A stretch of DNA of 64,000 bases from Candidatus Obscuribacteraceae bacterium (GCA_044229845.1 JBGASG010000009.1:135269-199268); one strand, 5' to 3'. Positions 19,611-30,500 are shown, counted from the stretch's first letter. Made by a program: numbers and translations. The notes: a model not told the origin generated them from the letters alone.

Positions 19611-20324
19611 CTAATTAGAGAACCATGTATCGCCGAGTGGATCTGCCTGGAAATAAATGTTGTTTACCTGAGCCAGGTGATATCTGTTCTTGCCGTCCGG
19701 GGACCAGGCTCGCGACAGCCCAACCGACAGGATGCAACGCTCTCCGTCGTTGAGCCGGTCGGCGATTGCCTCAGCCAGGTCGTAGCGAATTTTGCCGTCA
19801 TCGTAGTGCAAGCGCACATCATTAACACGCAGGCAGGCGCGCGCACCGCTTTCATTCAGCCAGATTTTCACACCGCCTTCGACGGTGAGAATGGCATCGT
19901 TGCTCTTGACCCGCAACAGTCCCAGTGAAGCCAGGCCTTGATTCTCATCGATCACCCGCAGGTTGAAATTAAAGCCGGTGGCGCGCAGTTCGTTGCCGAA
20001 AATGTCGGACAGGCTGTCTTGAGCATTCTCATCGAGCAGGTTCCAGAAATGCTCTTGATCGATACGCCCGGACTGGCTGAGTGCTTCGCTTTCAACAATG
20101 TGATCTTCGACATGCGGACGACGCGGCTGCCACTTTGTCTGGGCAATGTTTATCACTGCACCGAGGCAGAATGGTCCGCCGCGATCTTTGATCATTTCTC
20201 TGTTGAATGAAATATCCGCGGAGGGACGGGGGCGAATGTGGGTCTGCGCATCAGGCATGAAGATGCCGGCGACCGCAACTTTTCCCGGTGCGGTGCGAAA
20301 CAAGTGGTTAATGACGATTTCCAT
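19611..20324 (-). CDS. Dual-OB-fold-like protein, paralogue 2, co-oriented with DUF488
   Basis: Paralogue of 16297-16995, ending 25 nt upstream of the DUF488 gene. Confidence 0.7.
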   Translation of the reverse strand: MEIVINHLFRTAPGKVAVAGIFMPDAQTHIRPRPSADISFNREMIKDRGGPFCLGAVINIAQTKWQPRRPHVEDHIVESEALSQSGRIDQEHFWNLLDENAQDSLSDIFGNELRATGFNFNLRVIDENQGLASLGLLRVKSNDAILTVEGGVKIWLNESGARACLRVNDVRLHYDDGKIRYDLAEAIADRLNDGERCILSVGLSRAWSPDGKNRYHLAQVNNIYFQADPLGDTWFSN

Positions 20325-20385
20325 GGGGCGACCTCAATGCGGGGGAACGACATGAGGCTAGCCCCACCCGTGGTGCCAGACTATC

Positions 20386-20440
20386 GGTAAAGTACGTGTT
20401 CCGGTGGAGAGTACGCGTCTCAGCGGAAAGTACGCGTCTC
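20386..20440. repeat. Three 19-bp-period direct repeats (A-R-AGTACG-Y-GT) upstream of dual-OB paralogue 2
   Basis: AGTACG at 20391, 20410 and 20429. Confidence 0.7.
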
Positions 20441-20451
20441 TGGTTAATTAA

Positions 20452-21543
20452 CTAGTCGATGCCGGGGACGTGAGTTTCCGACTCTCCGGCTCCGGGCGGC
20501 AGCTTGCGCATTGGGTTGCAGCGACCGCTGCGTACGTCGGCGGTTTCAAAAATGAAATCACCGTTCGGCATCGAGGTCTTATAGGTTCTGCCGGCCACTA
20601 CATCCGGCAACATCTGACCCAGTAGGGAAGTCTTTGGCGGTTTCTTCGAATAGGCAACGCTGCGCAGTTCGCTCAGTGGTGTATGGGCTGTCCATGCTTG
20701 ATTCTTATAAGAAGAAACGATCAACGTGTGGTTGACCTCGACGTTTTCGTTCAATTTCGGTCTGTGTCCGGTATGCGCATCGAGAGCCGGGAAGAAAAGT
20801 GTATGCGGATTGAGAGGTTCATACCACCAGACCATTGGATCGCTTTCGGTGATCGAGTCTTTAAAACAGCAAAGTGCGAACGTCCAACCCGGATACCATT
20901 TAGCGTACGCGTCGAAAATTTCTTTGTTGATCGCCGGACGTTTGTCCAGCGGCACTCGGTTCAGCGCCTTGGGAATGTCGGTGGCATTGGGCGAGAGCAC
21001 GACGGTGTACATGCCTTTGCTGAAAACCTGGATATCGAGACCACGCGTTATCTCGCTGCTCTTCTGCTTACGAGCCGGAGGGGCGACCGCCGTTTTCATA
21101 TTATTGAGGATGTCTTTGTACTCGGAAGTATCCAGAAAGTTTTCCGGCGTCATCCTGGCTCTCGCCGGAATCGGCAGCAACATGGCATTGCCGGTCGGCT
21201 TCGTCGGCGCAGCTGCTTTTGCCGGTGGGGACTGCCCGGTGGCTGCCGCTCGGTTGGCTGCTGCCTTGGCGTCGACATCGGCGAGCGCAACATGCTTGCC
21301 CAGTGTCACCAGCGAAGGAGCAACGATCATTTTGTTGAAAGCTTGATTCTGGTAGCCGAGGACGTGAACAATTTTGCCTTTGTATACGGTCTCGCCGGCC
21401 CAGCCGACCGTGTTATTGAAATCTGCGGGAGCCAGCGAGCAGCAGGCAGATCCGGGGACGGCCGCATAACCGATAAACACCATACTGATTGCAATCAGCG
21501 CGCAGAAAATCTGCCTACTGCGGTTGTTGTTGTTGAGCAGCAT
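20452..21543 (-). CDS. Secreted/membrane-anchored hypothetical protein
   Basis: Long ORF with a hydrophobic N-terminus and motifs HVLGYQN, GNAMLLP, FALCCF, LFFPALDAHTG. Start uncertain; it overlaps the upstream gene end. Confidence 0.7.
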   Translation of the reverse strand: MLLNNNNRSRQIFCALIAISMVFIGYAAVPGSACCSLAPADFNNTVGWAGETVYKGKIVHVLGYQNQAFNKMIVAPSLVTLGKHVALADVDAKAAANRAAATGQSPPAKAAAPTKPTGNAMLLPIPARARMTPENFLDTSEYKDILNNMKTAVAPPARKQKSSEITRGLDIQVFSKGMYTVVLSPNATDIPKALNRVPLDKRPAINKEIFDAYAKWYPGWTFALCCFKDSITESDPMVWWYEPLNPHTLFFPALDAHTGHRPKLNENVEVNHTLIVSSYKNQAWTAHTPLSELRSVAYSKKPPKTSLLGQMLPDVVAGRTYKTSMPNGDFIFETADVRSGRCNPMRKLPPGAGESETHVPGID

Positions 21544-24403
21544 TTTGTTCTGTGTCGTCGAGTACGGCGAGGAATATGTCCACCAGAAGCGGGTCAAACT
21601 GCGTGCCGGCACCGTTGCGAAGCACGCGTTTTGCCTTGTCGGCCGGCATGGCGGGTCGATAAGGACGATCGCTGATCATGGCGTGATAGGCGTCGACAAT
21701 GGCGATGATGCGGGCTGCTAGAGGAATTTCCTCTCCTTTCAGGCCGCGTGGATATCCGGTGCCGTCCCAGCATTCATGGTGATTTTCCAGAATGTCGCAA
21801 ATGTCTTTAAGCGCGTGAATCGGTCGGAAAAGCTGCGCACCAAGAGTCGGGTGTTGCATTAAAATGCGCAGCTCGTCGGAGGTAACCTGACCTTCCTTGT
21901 TGATGATCTCTTCGGGAATCGACAGCAGTCCTACGTCGTGCAGCAAGCCTGCGACGCGAATTTGTTCGATCTGTTTCATCGACAATCCCAGCACTTTGCC
22001 GACCATCTCAGAGAAACGTGCCGTCTCCAAATGGTGCACTTTGTTGTACTCGGATTTCGCGTACAAAGCCCCTGCCAGCGCTTTCACCATCTCCACCACT
22101 TCCGGCAGCATGACGGTGTCTGTTTCCAGATTTTGGGTTTCGGCTTGCTGTTCATACGATGCCGCCTGTGCTGCTTGCGCTGCTTGCGCGGCGGCGGTCG
22201 CGGTTTGCACGGCTTTTTTGTGCTCGTCGTGTTCAGGTTGAGTTTCGAACTCGTTGAACATCAAGTCGGTGGCGGTGTGCACCTGGTTTCTTCCCAGACG
22301 CTTGGACAGATAGAGAGCTTTGTCCGCCAACTCCAGCAGCATGTGTTGCGAGGTGGCATCATCCGGATAGGAAGAAACACCCAGTGAAGCGGTGACGCTC
22401 AGTTGCACGTTGTCGTGGGCGATGCTTTCGCGTGAGAGCGTCTTGCGCAGACGTTCCGCCACCACCAACGCACCTTCCTGATTGATCTCAGGCAGGATGA
22501 GCATAAACTCTTCGCCGCCGTATCTGACTGCGATGTCGACGTCGCGGCAATCGCGCTTGATCACGTGAGCCACGGATTTGAGAACGGTGTCGCCGACCGG
22601 GTGGCCGTAAGTGTCGTTAATAGATTTGAAGTGATCGACGTCGATCATGACGACGGAGAGGTGCTTGGAATAACGCTCGGCGATTCGCAGTTGTTCCGAG
22701 AGCTTTTCCTGTCCGGTACGGTGGTTGACCAGCCCTGTCAGACCATCTGACGTAGCCTGCCGTTCGACGCGCCGATAAAGCCGGGCGTTGGTGACACCGA
22801 TGGCGATCTGGTCGGCAACCTGTTTGAGAAACGTTTCGTTGTCCGGAGTCCATTGTGCTTCCGATTCGCACTTGTGTCCACCGAGAATGCCGAACAGTTT
22901 GTTCTCGTAAGTAATCGGCACATAGAATAGCGAATAGATATGCAAGCCGCTCAGGATGTCGCGCTTGAATGGCTCCACTTTTTTGTCGCGTTTGACGTCG
23001 TTGACGCGCAAGATTTCATCGTTGTGGTGGAGCGATTTGAATTTCTCCAGAATCGCCAGGTCGAGGTCTTTCTCGACTATTTTGTAACCTTCGTCGGTGA
23101 AGTACTCGCGGCGCACTGTATCTTGTTTTTCCAGTTCGTCGCCGGGCAGCGAGACGAAACAGCAATCGAGCTGCATCCAGCCAGCCAGATCCTCCAGCAT
23201 CTCAGCGATGTTTGATTCGATGTTGAACGAACTTCTGATGGTGCTGCTGATGCGATGCAGCAGTTTGTCCTGATTGCGCCTGATTTCGATTTCCAGCTTG
23301 CTCTTTTTCAGCTCGCGGTTCATCTCGTCAAGTTCGGTGTTTTGTTTGGTGAGATTCGAGCTCGCCATGCGCTCTTCTTCCGTGTAGTGTTCGAGACGCG
23401 CGGCGTAGTCTTCCAGCAGTTGCAGCTGCGCCGATAACTCACGCTCTGTTTTGCGCAATTTGAGCAGCGAGCGCACCTTTGCAATCAGTTCAGCCTCTAC
23501 ACAATCTGCGTCCAGGCAGTCGTCTGCGCCGGCATTCAACCCGTCGACCTTGCCGGTATGATCGCCTTCCGGAGTGATCAAAACAATCGGTAAAGCCTTC
23601 CATTGGCCGGAACCGCGAATGTAAGCGCAAATGCCGGTGCCGTTGGGAGCTTTCATGTGCGAATCGGCGATCAGGAGATCGACCGGTTGCTTCGAGAGAA
23701 TGTCGAAAGCCTTGTTGGCATCGTCGACTTCCAGGACGTTGTAGCGGGCACTGAGCGCTCGCCCGAGGCGGCGGCGCACCACGCGGTCGGCATGCGCGAT
23801 CACGACGTGCTCAGGCTGAGCCGTGGCGATGGCACTGGGTGCACCGGCCGGTGTTGCCTGTCCGGTGCCGGCTTCTACTGAAGCCAGGTAAGGAACGCGC
23901 GCCGAAAAATTCTGTCCGATTAGCTTCAAGGTGGAGACGTCTGTCGAATCGATGGTGCGCGAGTCGTCCAGTGTCAGCACGCGAATCAATCCTTTAATCA
24001 ACCGGCTGTCGTCGAGTCCGTCGAATATCGGGACGATAACGTATGGATATCCGGGCGTTTCTTCCGCCGCATCGCGGTGCAGAGGATAAGCGCGTCCCAC
24101 CCATGGCTGCAGGGTTTCGCGCACTCCTTTCGCCAGTTGGCTGTCTGCCACCGTAAGCGGTTGCTCGTTCATGTCGATGAACTCGGCCAGCGCGCCGGCA
24201 TCGATGATGTCGTCTTGTTCGCCGCCGAAAGTAATAGCGTTGACGACCTGGTCGCCCCGGATGATGTCGATCATGCCGTAGTCGAAGCCGAGGATGTGGC
24301 AGATATGGCGACGCACCGCATCGATTTCCTGACGCGGCAGCGTTTGTCCGGCTCCGTCGGCTCCGGATCCGCCTGGCTGGTTCGACATGTTGGAAGTGGT
24401 CAC
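21515..24403 (-). CDS. GAF-REC-GAF-GGDEF-HD-GYP c-di-GMP signalling protein
   Basis: RYGGEEF active site with RDVD I-site, LLHDVG and DGTGYP motifs, and receiver-like GLNAGADD. Confidence 0.9.
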   Translation of the reverse strand: MTTSNMSNQPGGSGADGAGQTLPRQEIDAVRRHICHILGFDYGMIDIIRGDQVVNAITFGGEQDDIIDAGALAEFIDMNEQPLTVADSQLAKGVRETLQPWVGRAYPLHRDAAEETPGYPYVIVPIFDGLDDSRLIKGLIRVLTLDDSRTIDSTDVSTLKLIGQNFSARVPYLASVEAGTGQATPAGAPSAIATAQPEHVVIAHADRVVRRRLGRALSARYNVLEVDDANKAFDILSKQPVDLLIADSHMKAPNGTGICAYIRGSGQWKALPIVLITPEGDHTGKVDGLNAGADDCLDADCVEAELIAKVRSLLKLRKTERELSAQLQLLEDYAARLEHYTEEERMASSNLTKQNTELDEMNRELKKSKLEIEIRRNQDKLLHRISSTIRSSFNIESNIAEMLEDLAGWMQLDCCFVSLPGDELEKQDTVRREYFTDEGYKIVEKDLDLAILEKFKSLHHNDEILRVNDVKRDKKVEPFKRDILSGLHIYSLFYVPITYENKLFGILGGHKCESEAQWTPDNETFLKQVADQIAIGVTNARLYRRVERQATSDGLTGLVNHRTGQEKLSEQLRIAERYSKHLSVVMIDVDHFKSINDTYGHPVGDTVLKSVAHVIKRDCRDVDIAVRYGGEEFMLILPEINQEGALVVAERLRKTLSRESIAHDNVQLSVTASLGVSSYPDDATSQHMLLELADKALYLSKRLGRNQVHTATDLMFNEFETQPEHDEHKKAVQTATAAAQAAQAAQAASYEQQAETQNLETDTVMLPEVVEMVKALAGALYAKSEYNKVHHLETARFSEMVGKVLGLSMKQIEQIRVAGLLHDVGLLSIPEEIINKEGQVTSDELRILMQHPTLGAQLFRPIHALKDICDILENHHECWDGTGYPRGLKGEEIPLAARIIAIVDAYHAMISDRPYRPAMPADKAKRVLRNGAGTQFDPLLVDIFLAVLDDTEQNAAQQQQPQ

Positions 24404-24507
24404 GGCACTAGTTGGTAAGTGATTGCCAAGTGAGAAAACGAGGGCGCAATTCCTCAGTTTGAGTCTAACAGAAGATAAGCCGCCTGACAGGTTTTACCCG
24501 GTTCAGC

Positions 24508-26394
24508 CTATCCCAAAAACTTCCGCCACCACCACTGAAACATGAAGAGCGTCCACAGCTCTTTGCGACGGTCGAAACGCCCGTCGTTGTGCTCATTCAG
24601 CAGCCTGTCAATGTACGTCCACTGAAAAATGCCTTGTTTGCGGACGAAATCTTCACAAAGCAATTCGTCGACGACCGGCTTGAAGTCTTGTTTCAGCCAC
24701 TTTGCCACAGGAATACCGAACCCTTTTTTCGGGCGCTTGATATTCTCCATCGGCAGATAAGGAGCCACAGCCTTCTTGAGTAGATACTTGGTGGTCAGCC
24801 CCTTGACCTTGAGATGCGAGGGCAGCGAGACGGCAAACTCAACCAGCGGCCAGGCAAGAAACGGTAAACGCAGCTCCAGCGACGCTGCCATGGAGGCGCG
24901 GTCCGACTTGACGAGCAGGTCATCAGGCAGGTACGTGGTCATGTCCAGATGCATGATTTCCTGAACTACATCTTTATTGCCGTTCTGCCGGCGCCCCAGC
25001 ACTTTCAGAAGGTCTTCATCGGTAGTCAGGGACAGCAGTTGCGGCTGAATGAGCTCCTGTTGTTGAGCTACCTGAATCGAGCCCATCCACTTCAAGTGCC
25101 GCTTACCGGGTGGTTCCGCAGCGGATGCGATAAACCGTTTCGCTTTATAGTCGAAACTCAGATTATTGTGAGAAACGGGCAAAGCCCGAATGGCCGGCTC
25201 GAGGACGCCCTCTCTCAAGAGCGATGGAAAACTGGTCCAGATGCCGGCCAGCTTATGCGCGAAATACGTCGGATATCCGCCGAACAGTTCATCGCCGCCT
25301 TCCCCGGCAAGCGCAACCTTGACGTGCTCGCGGGTCATTTTAGACAGGAAGAAAGTGGGCACGATAGATCCGTCGGCCAGCGGCTCATCAAGGAAGTTCC
25401 AGAGTTCTTCCAGTGTATCGCGAGCCATGCCCGGCTCGAAAACAGCAACGTGGTGCTGCGTGCCTACATGGTCGGCGACGCGCTTGGCGTGCTCGGTTTC
25501 ATCGAAAGACGGATCGGAGAAGCCGATAGAAAATGTCTTGAGGGGCTCGGTGCGGTTGCGAGCAGCCAGGGCGACGATGCCGGAGGAATCAATCCCTCCT
25601 GAGAGGAAAACCCCCAGCGGCACATCGGCGATCAAGCGCAGCTTGGTGGACCTGTCGAGCAGTTCAATCAACTTCTCTTTCAGCTCACCTTCGCTCATTT
25701 TGGCGTAATCTGCGACTGGCTTGGGCTCCCAATAAGGCTGAGTTTTAATGTCGCCATTTTCGGCAAGTAAAAAGTGTCCGGGCATCAACTTTTGAATGCC
25801 TCTGAAAATCGTGTGCGGTGCCGGCACATATTCCAGGGCTAGATATTTCTGCAGTGCCAGGGGATCCAGTTCTCGACGGGCTGCCGGGTGCACGAGAATG
25901 CCTTTCAGTTCGGAGCCGAATATCAGCTGACCTTCGAACACTCCGTAATGCAGAGGTTTTTCGCCCATGCGATCGCGGGCGACGAAGAGACGTTCCTTCT
26001 TGATGTCCCAGATGGCGAAGGCGAACATGCCCTCCAGGTGCTGCAGGCAATCGACGCCGAACTCTTCGTAGAGGTGCACGATGACTTCGGTATCGCTTTT
26101 GGTGCGCAGCTTGTGTCCTCGCTCGAGCACCAGCTTTTGCAACTCGTGAAAGTTGTAGATTTCGCCATTGAAGACAATCCAGATAGATTCGTCTTCGTTG
26201 GCAATCGGCTGTTGACCAGTAGAAAGGTCAATAATCGAAAGACGGGTCATGCCCAGGGCCGCGGGCCCGATGACAATCGAGCCCTGCTCGTCCGGACCCC
26301 GGTGCGTAATGCTGTGGCACATGGGCTCCAGCAGCTTTTCCTGGGGATTGAGCGGCTGGCGATTGAGATTTAGATATCCAACAATTCCACACAT
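24508..26394 (-). CDS. asnB: Asparagine synthase (glutamine-hydrolysing) family amidotransferase
   Basis: MCGIVG Ntn start, HRGPD, RLSIID, FNGEIYN, LSGGIDSS and GEGGDELFGGY. Confidence 0.92.
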   Translation of the reverse strand: MCGIVGYLNLNRQPLNPQEKLLEPMCHSITHRGPDEQGSIVIGPAALGMTRLSIIDLSTGQQPIANEDESIWIVFNGEIYNFHELQKLVLERGHKLRTKSDTEVIVHLYEEFGVDCLQHLEGMFAFAIWDIKKERLFVARDRMGEKPLHYGVFEGQLIFGSELKGILVHPAARRELDPLALQKYLALEYVPAPHTIFRGIQKLMPGHFLLAENGDIKTQPYWEPKPVADYAKMSEGELKEKLIELLDRSTKLRLIADVPLGVFLSGGIDSSGIVALAARNRTEPLKTFSIGFSDPSFDETEHAKRVADHVGTQHHVAVFEPGMARDTLEELWNFLDEPLADGSIVPTFFLSKMTREHVKVALAGEGGDELFGGYPTYFAHKLAGIWTSFPSLLREGVLEPAIRALPVSHNNLSFDYKAKRFIASAAEPPGKRHLKWMGSIQVAQQQELIQPQLLSLTTDEDLLKVLGRRQNGNKDVVQEIMHLDMTTYLPDDLLVKSDRASMAASLELRLPFLAWPLVEFAVSLPSHLKVKGLTTKYLLKKAVAPYLPMENIKRPKKGFGIPVAKWLKQDFKPVVDELLCEDFVRKQGIFQWTYIDRLLNEHNDGRFDRRKELWTLFMFQWWWRKFLG

Positions 26395-26484
26395 ACTGCC
26401 ATTTTCGTCGATCGAAGCCAAAACGGCATTAGATAACCTTTGCCATCGGCGGCAGGCGCCATGGCGATGTTACAATTTACGCTT

Positions 26485-27093
26485 GTGAAATCTCTTGAAA
26501 AGTGCTACAGCTCAGGCTTCTACGCGCGTCCGACCGTGGAGGTGGCGCGAGATTTACTTGGCGCAATGTTGTGTCGTCGTTTGCCTGACGGCAAGGTGTA
26601 TCGGGCGGCGATCGTGGAGGTCGAGGCTTACCATGAAGAAGAGCCGGCTTGCCATGCTCACCGGGGCAAAACGCCGCGCGCAAAAATCTTATTCGGACCA
26701 CCGGGGCTGGCGTATGTTTACTTTATATACGGCATGTACTGCTGTCTGAATGTGGTTACGGAGCCGGCGGAAACCGGTGCCGCTATCTTGATCAGGGCGG
26801 TGGCGGCGCCAGGGTGCGACGGACCAGGCAAGCTGTGTCGGCAGTGGGAGGTTACTCGCGAGCACAATGGAGTCAATCTGATGTCGCCGAGATCGGACAT
26901 CTGGATAGAGAAATCACCTCGCCTTCCGGACGAAGAAGTCGAGATCACTCCGCGCATCGGCATTTCATCGGCTCAAGACTTGATGTGGCGTTTTTGTGTG
27001 AAAAACCACCCGTCGGTGAGCGTGAAAACATATCGTCCGCACAAGCCGCTGAAGCGGCGCACTCACAAACAAAAGAAGTCGTCGAATTCCTGA
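26485..27093 (+). CDS. mpg: DNA-3-methyladenine glycosylase (AAG/MPG family)
   Basis: VARDLLG, IVEVEAY, AYVYFIYGMY.CLNVV, GPGKLC and TPRIGIS motifs. Start is GTG 26485 or ATG 26467. Confidence 0.9.
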   Translation: MKSLEKCYSSGFYARPTVEVARDLLGAMLCRRLPDGKVYRAAIVEVEAYHEEEPACHAHRGKTPRAKILFGPPGLAYVYFIYGMYCCLNVVTEPAETGAAILIRAVAAPGCDGPGKLCRQWEVTREHNGVNLMSPRSDIWIEKSPRLPDEEVEITPRIGISSAQDLMWRFCVKNHPSVSVKTYRPHKPLKRRTHKQKKSSNS

Positions 27094-27491
27094 TGAACAG
27101 AGAAAAGGCGCCGGTGGCAATCATCCTGGATTGGGCGGTCTGCCTGGTCTGGATGTGTGTCATCTATTACTTCTCCGACGTGCCGAACTCATTCCATGTT
27201 ACCGAGCACTACCTGGGCGTCATGAACTACTTCTGCCGCAAGTGGGCGCACATGGGTGAATATGGAGTCTTGATGGTGCTGACGTTTCGCGCGTCGCGTT
27301 CGTTAAGCGGAAGCTCGTCCTGGGTAACCTATGCCATCGCACTTGGTATCACAGTCATGTATGCGTTGCTTGATGAGCACCATCAATCTTATGTAGTCGG
27401 TCGCAGCTCCTCAATCGGAGATGTGGCGGTAGATAGCGCCGGGGCGCTTCTGGCGCTGGGTGTGCTGTTGATACGCAAGTCCAGTGACTGA
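27093..27491 (+). CDS. VanZ family membrane protein
   Basis: RKWAHMGEYG and YALLDEHHQSYVVGR...DV.VD motifs. TGATG coupling to mpg. Confidence 0.85.
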   Translation: MNREKAPVAIILDWAVCLVWMCVIYYFSDVPNSFHVTEHYLGVMNYFCRKWAHMGEYGVLMVLTFRASRSLSGSSSWVTYAIALGITVMYALLDEHHQSYVVGRSSSIGDVAVDSAGALLALGVLLIRKSSD

Positions 27492-27512
27492 GTCTCTGGA
27501 GACTATAAGAAT

Positions 27513-30500
27513 TCAGTGGTGGGCGCCGGCCTTGCCATTGCCGTTGCGAGCGCCGAAGCGCTGCAGCCTTTCCAGGAATGAAGGATCGACCTGGCAAACG
27601 CCCAGATGACAGTTTTCGGAGTCGGTGGCGACAGCGTGCAACAGCGTTCGCTCGGAATCGGATAGAGGGGTAGTGGGGTAGGCCTCTTCAGCCCCTGGAA
27701 ACGCCCTTGCCGCTGTAGCCGAGGAAGCAACGGTGAGGATGCGACGCGCAATAATCGGATCGAGCCAGCATGCGCCACTATGCACGGTGCGAATCGCCAG
27801 CTCCAGCCGGTAACGATCGAATGAGTGTTTTGTGACGTAGCCGTCTGCGCCTGCGGCGAATGCGGAGAACATGTCCTCATCGTCATCATGGGAGGTGAGA
27901 ATCAGAACCTTGGTTTTCGGAACGATGGCTTTCACCCGGCGGGTGACTTCGATGCCGCTCAGCCCCGGCAAGCCGATGTCGACGACGGCCACGTCGGGAC
28001 GCGCCGTGACTATCGCCTGGATGGCGGACACCCCGTCCTCGGCGTCGCCACAGACAGACAGCCCGTCGAGTTTGTCGAGGATGGTGGAGATGCCCATGCG
28101 AGTGAGTTCGTTGTCTTCAACGAGGAAGACCCGCACTGTCTCTAGTATTTCGCTTGGCATTGAATTTGTACTCCTTGCGTGAATCCAGGCTTCCATGTCT
28201 TTGGCGACGCGGCAAAATTCGCGCTCCAGCTTGCTCTCCGCGATAGCGGCACTGCCGATGTTCTGGGCGCGGGCGCAGCGTTCGATTTCATAGCAGATAT
28301 CGGCCAGGCAATGACAGTTGATGGCGAAACAGGATCCCTTCAATTCGTGGGCAACCGACTTCAGTCTCTCTGTGTCGCCCGTGCGCAGGGCGATTTGAAT
28401 TTTCTCGATCAATGGAGGCGTCTGAACTAGAAACATGGTTAGAAACCGCTCGGCAGCAGCCTTGCCGAATAATGTCACCAGTTGTTCCATCGCCACGCGT
28501 GTCTCGGACTCTGAAGACGATGTCTGTCGCGATGAACCGCGGGCGGTGTCAACTGGTTGTTCCCGCACAGTGATCGTCAGCTCGTCCGTCTCACGTGTCG
28601 AGTCGGTGGTCGTCGGTTCAACGCTGTCCGTAGCGACGGGCTCTGAATCGAGTGCGACGAGAAACCATCTTTCGATGACTTCCCTCAGTTTTTCTGCCGT
28701 GACAGGTTTGCCGATGTAATCGTTCATTCCGGCTTGCAGGCACTGCTCGCGGTCGCCCTCCATGGAATTGGCAGTCATCGCTACGATGGGTGTCGTGATG
28801 CCCTGCTCTTCCTCCATGGCGCGTATCGCCGCTGTCGTTTCGAATCCATCCATGTCCGGCATCTGGCAGTCCATGAGAATCAAGGCGACGCGATGGTGGC
28901 GCAGATATGTCAGTGCTTGCTGTCCGCCTGAACACAATTGCGGGTCGAAGCCCAGTTCTCGAAGTTGCAGCGAAGCCACCTCCTGGTTAATCGGATTGTC
29001 TTCGACGACCAGAATGCGACGGCAAGCATCCGCAGGCAGTTCTGAGCTGAAGGTATCGACGCGGTTTGTGCCGCTGGTTGTCCGCCCCGCCACATGTCTG
29101 GCATGCGCCGGAACCGATTCAGCCAAAGTGACAATCGCATCATAAAGGTCGGATTGGCGAATCGGTTTGGACAACACCGCATCAAAGCCGCGTGCCTGCG
29201 CCTCGTCAGTCTTGCCGACTTGATCCAGATCGCTGAGCAGCACAAATCGCAGGTGCGGCGAGCGCTCGGACATCAGGTCACGCAGTGCGTAGGCTTCCAG
29301 TCCGCCGCTACCGATCAGCTGCTCGCAAATAACTATGGAATACGGCTTGGACGCACTGGCTGCGAGGTCGGTGAAGAACATGGCGGACTGCGCATCCGGA
29401 GCATAATCCGCCTGCATTTCCCACGCTTCGCTGTAGCCCTTGAGTACGCTGTACTCGTTTGCCGGGGAGCCCACGACCAAGAGTTTCAAGCCAGCCACAT
29501 CGCGCCGTCTATGCAGCGGCGGTGTATCGTCGGTATAAGCCAGCGGTAAGGTGACACTGAAGGTGGAGCCTTCCCCTTCAGAGCTTTCCACATTAATGCT
29601 GCCACCCATCAGTTCAACAAGACGCCGGCAGATAGCTAATCCCAGACCGGTGCCTCCATATTTGCGCGTTATAGATCCGTCGCATTGAGAAAACGGTTTG
29701 AAGAGTTGCGACAGATATTGCTCTCTCATGCCGATACCGGTATCTGCTACCGACATGCGCAAAATCAGACCGTGCTCGGTGACCGCTTCCGGCTCGACGG
29801 TAAGAGTCACAGAACCCTGCTCGGTGAATTTGACTGCATTGCTAAGGATGTTCAGCATCACTTGTCTGATTCTCTGGGGATCGCCGGTGACCGTGCGGTC
29901 CAAGACCGGGTCTATATATGTGGTGAGCGATATTCCCTTAGATTGCGCCTTCTCGGCAACAAGCCGGGCTGTGCTTTCAAGCAATTCGATGATATTGATC
30001 GGCACCATCTGTAGTTCCAGTTTGTCGGCCTCAATTTTCGACAGTTCGAGAATGTCGTTGATAATATTTACCAGCGTTGAGGCGGACGACATGACGATAT
30101 CGACGAAACGCTTCTGATCGCTGCTTAGATTGGTGCGTTGCAACATATCTGCGCAGCCAATCACGGCGTTCATCGGCGTGCGAATCTCATGACTCATGTT
30201 GGCTAGAAACTGCGACTTGATGCGCACCGCCTGCACGGCGCGGTCGCGGGCATCGGTGAGGTCTTCGTAGAGACAGCGGATTGTCGAGAGCGACTTATCG
30301 CGCTCGTGGGTCAAGGAATTCAGCAAGATGGCGTTGCGGATGATCAGTGCGCTGAAAGACAAGATCATCAGCAGAACGAGCAGAGTCACGCCGAGCGTGC
30401 TGTCGAACCAGCCCGCAGCCTCGCCCCAGACATCCAGGTAACCGAGCAACACGGGCAGTCCGATTGCCGCCGGTAAAAGGCGTCGCATCGAGTAACTGCC

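Noticed and set aside
20683..21675. 330-aa plus-strand ORF
   Set aside because: Antisense to a more protein-like minus-strand ORF; Arg-rich shadow composition.
24508..26394. asnB as a lasso-peptide cyclase partnering the PqqD-like protein
   Set aside because: It has a full Ntn glutaminase domain with Cys1, lies 21 kb away, and has no B2 protease or precursor nearby.
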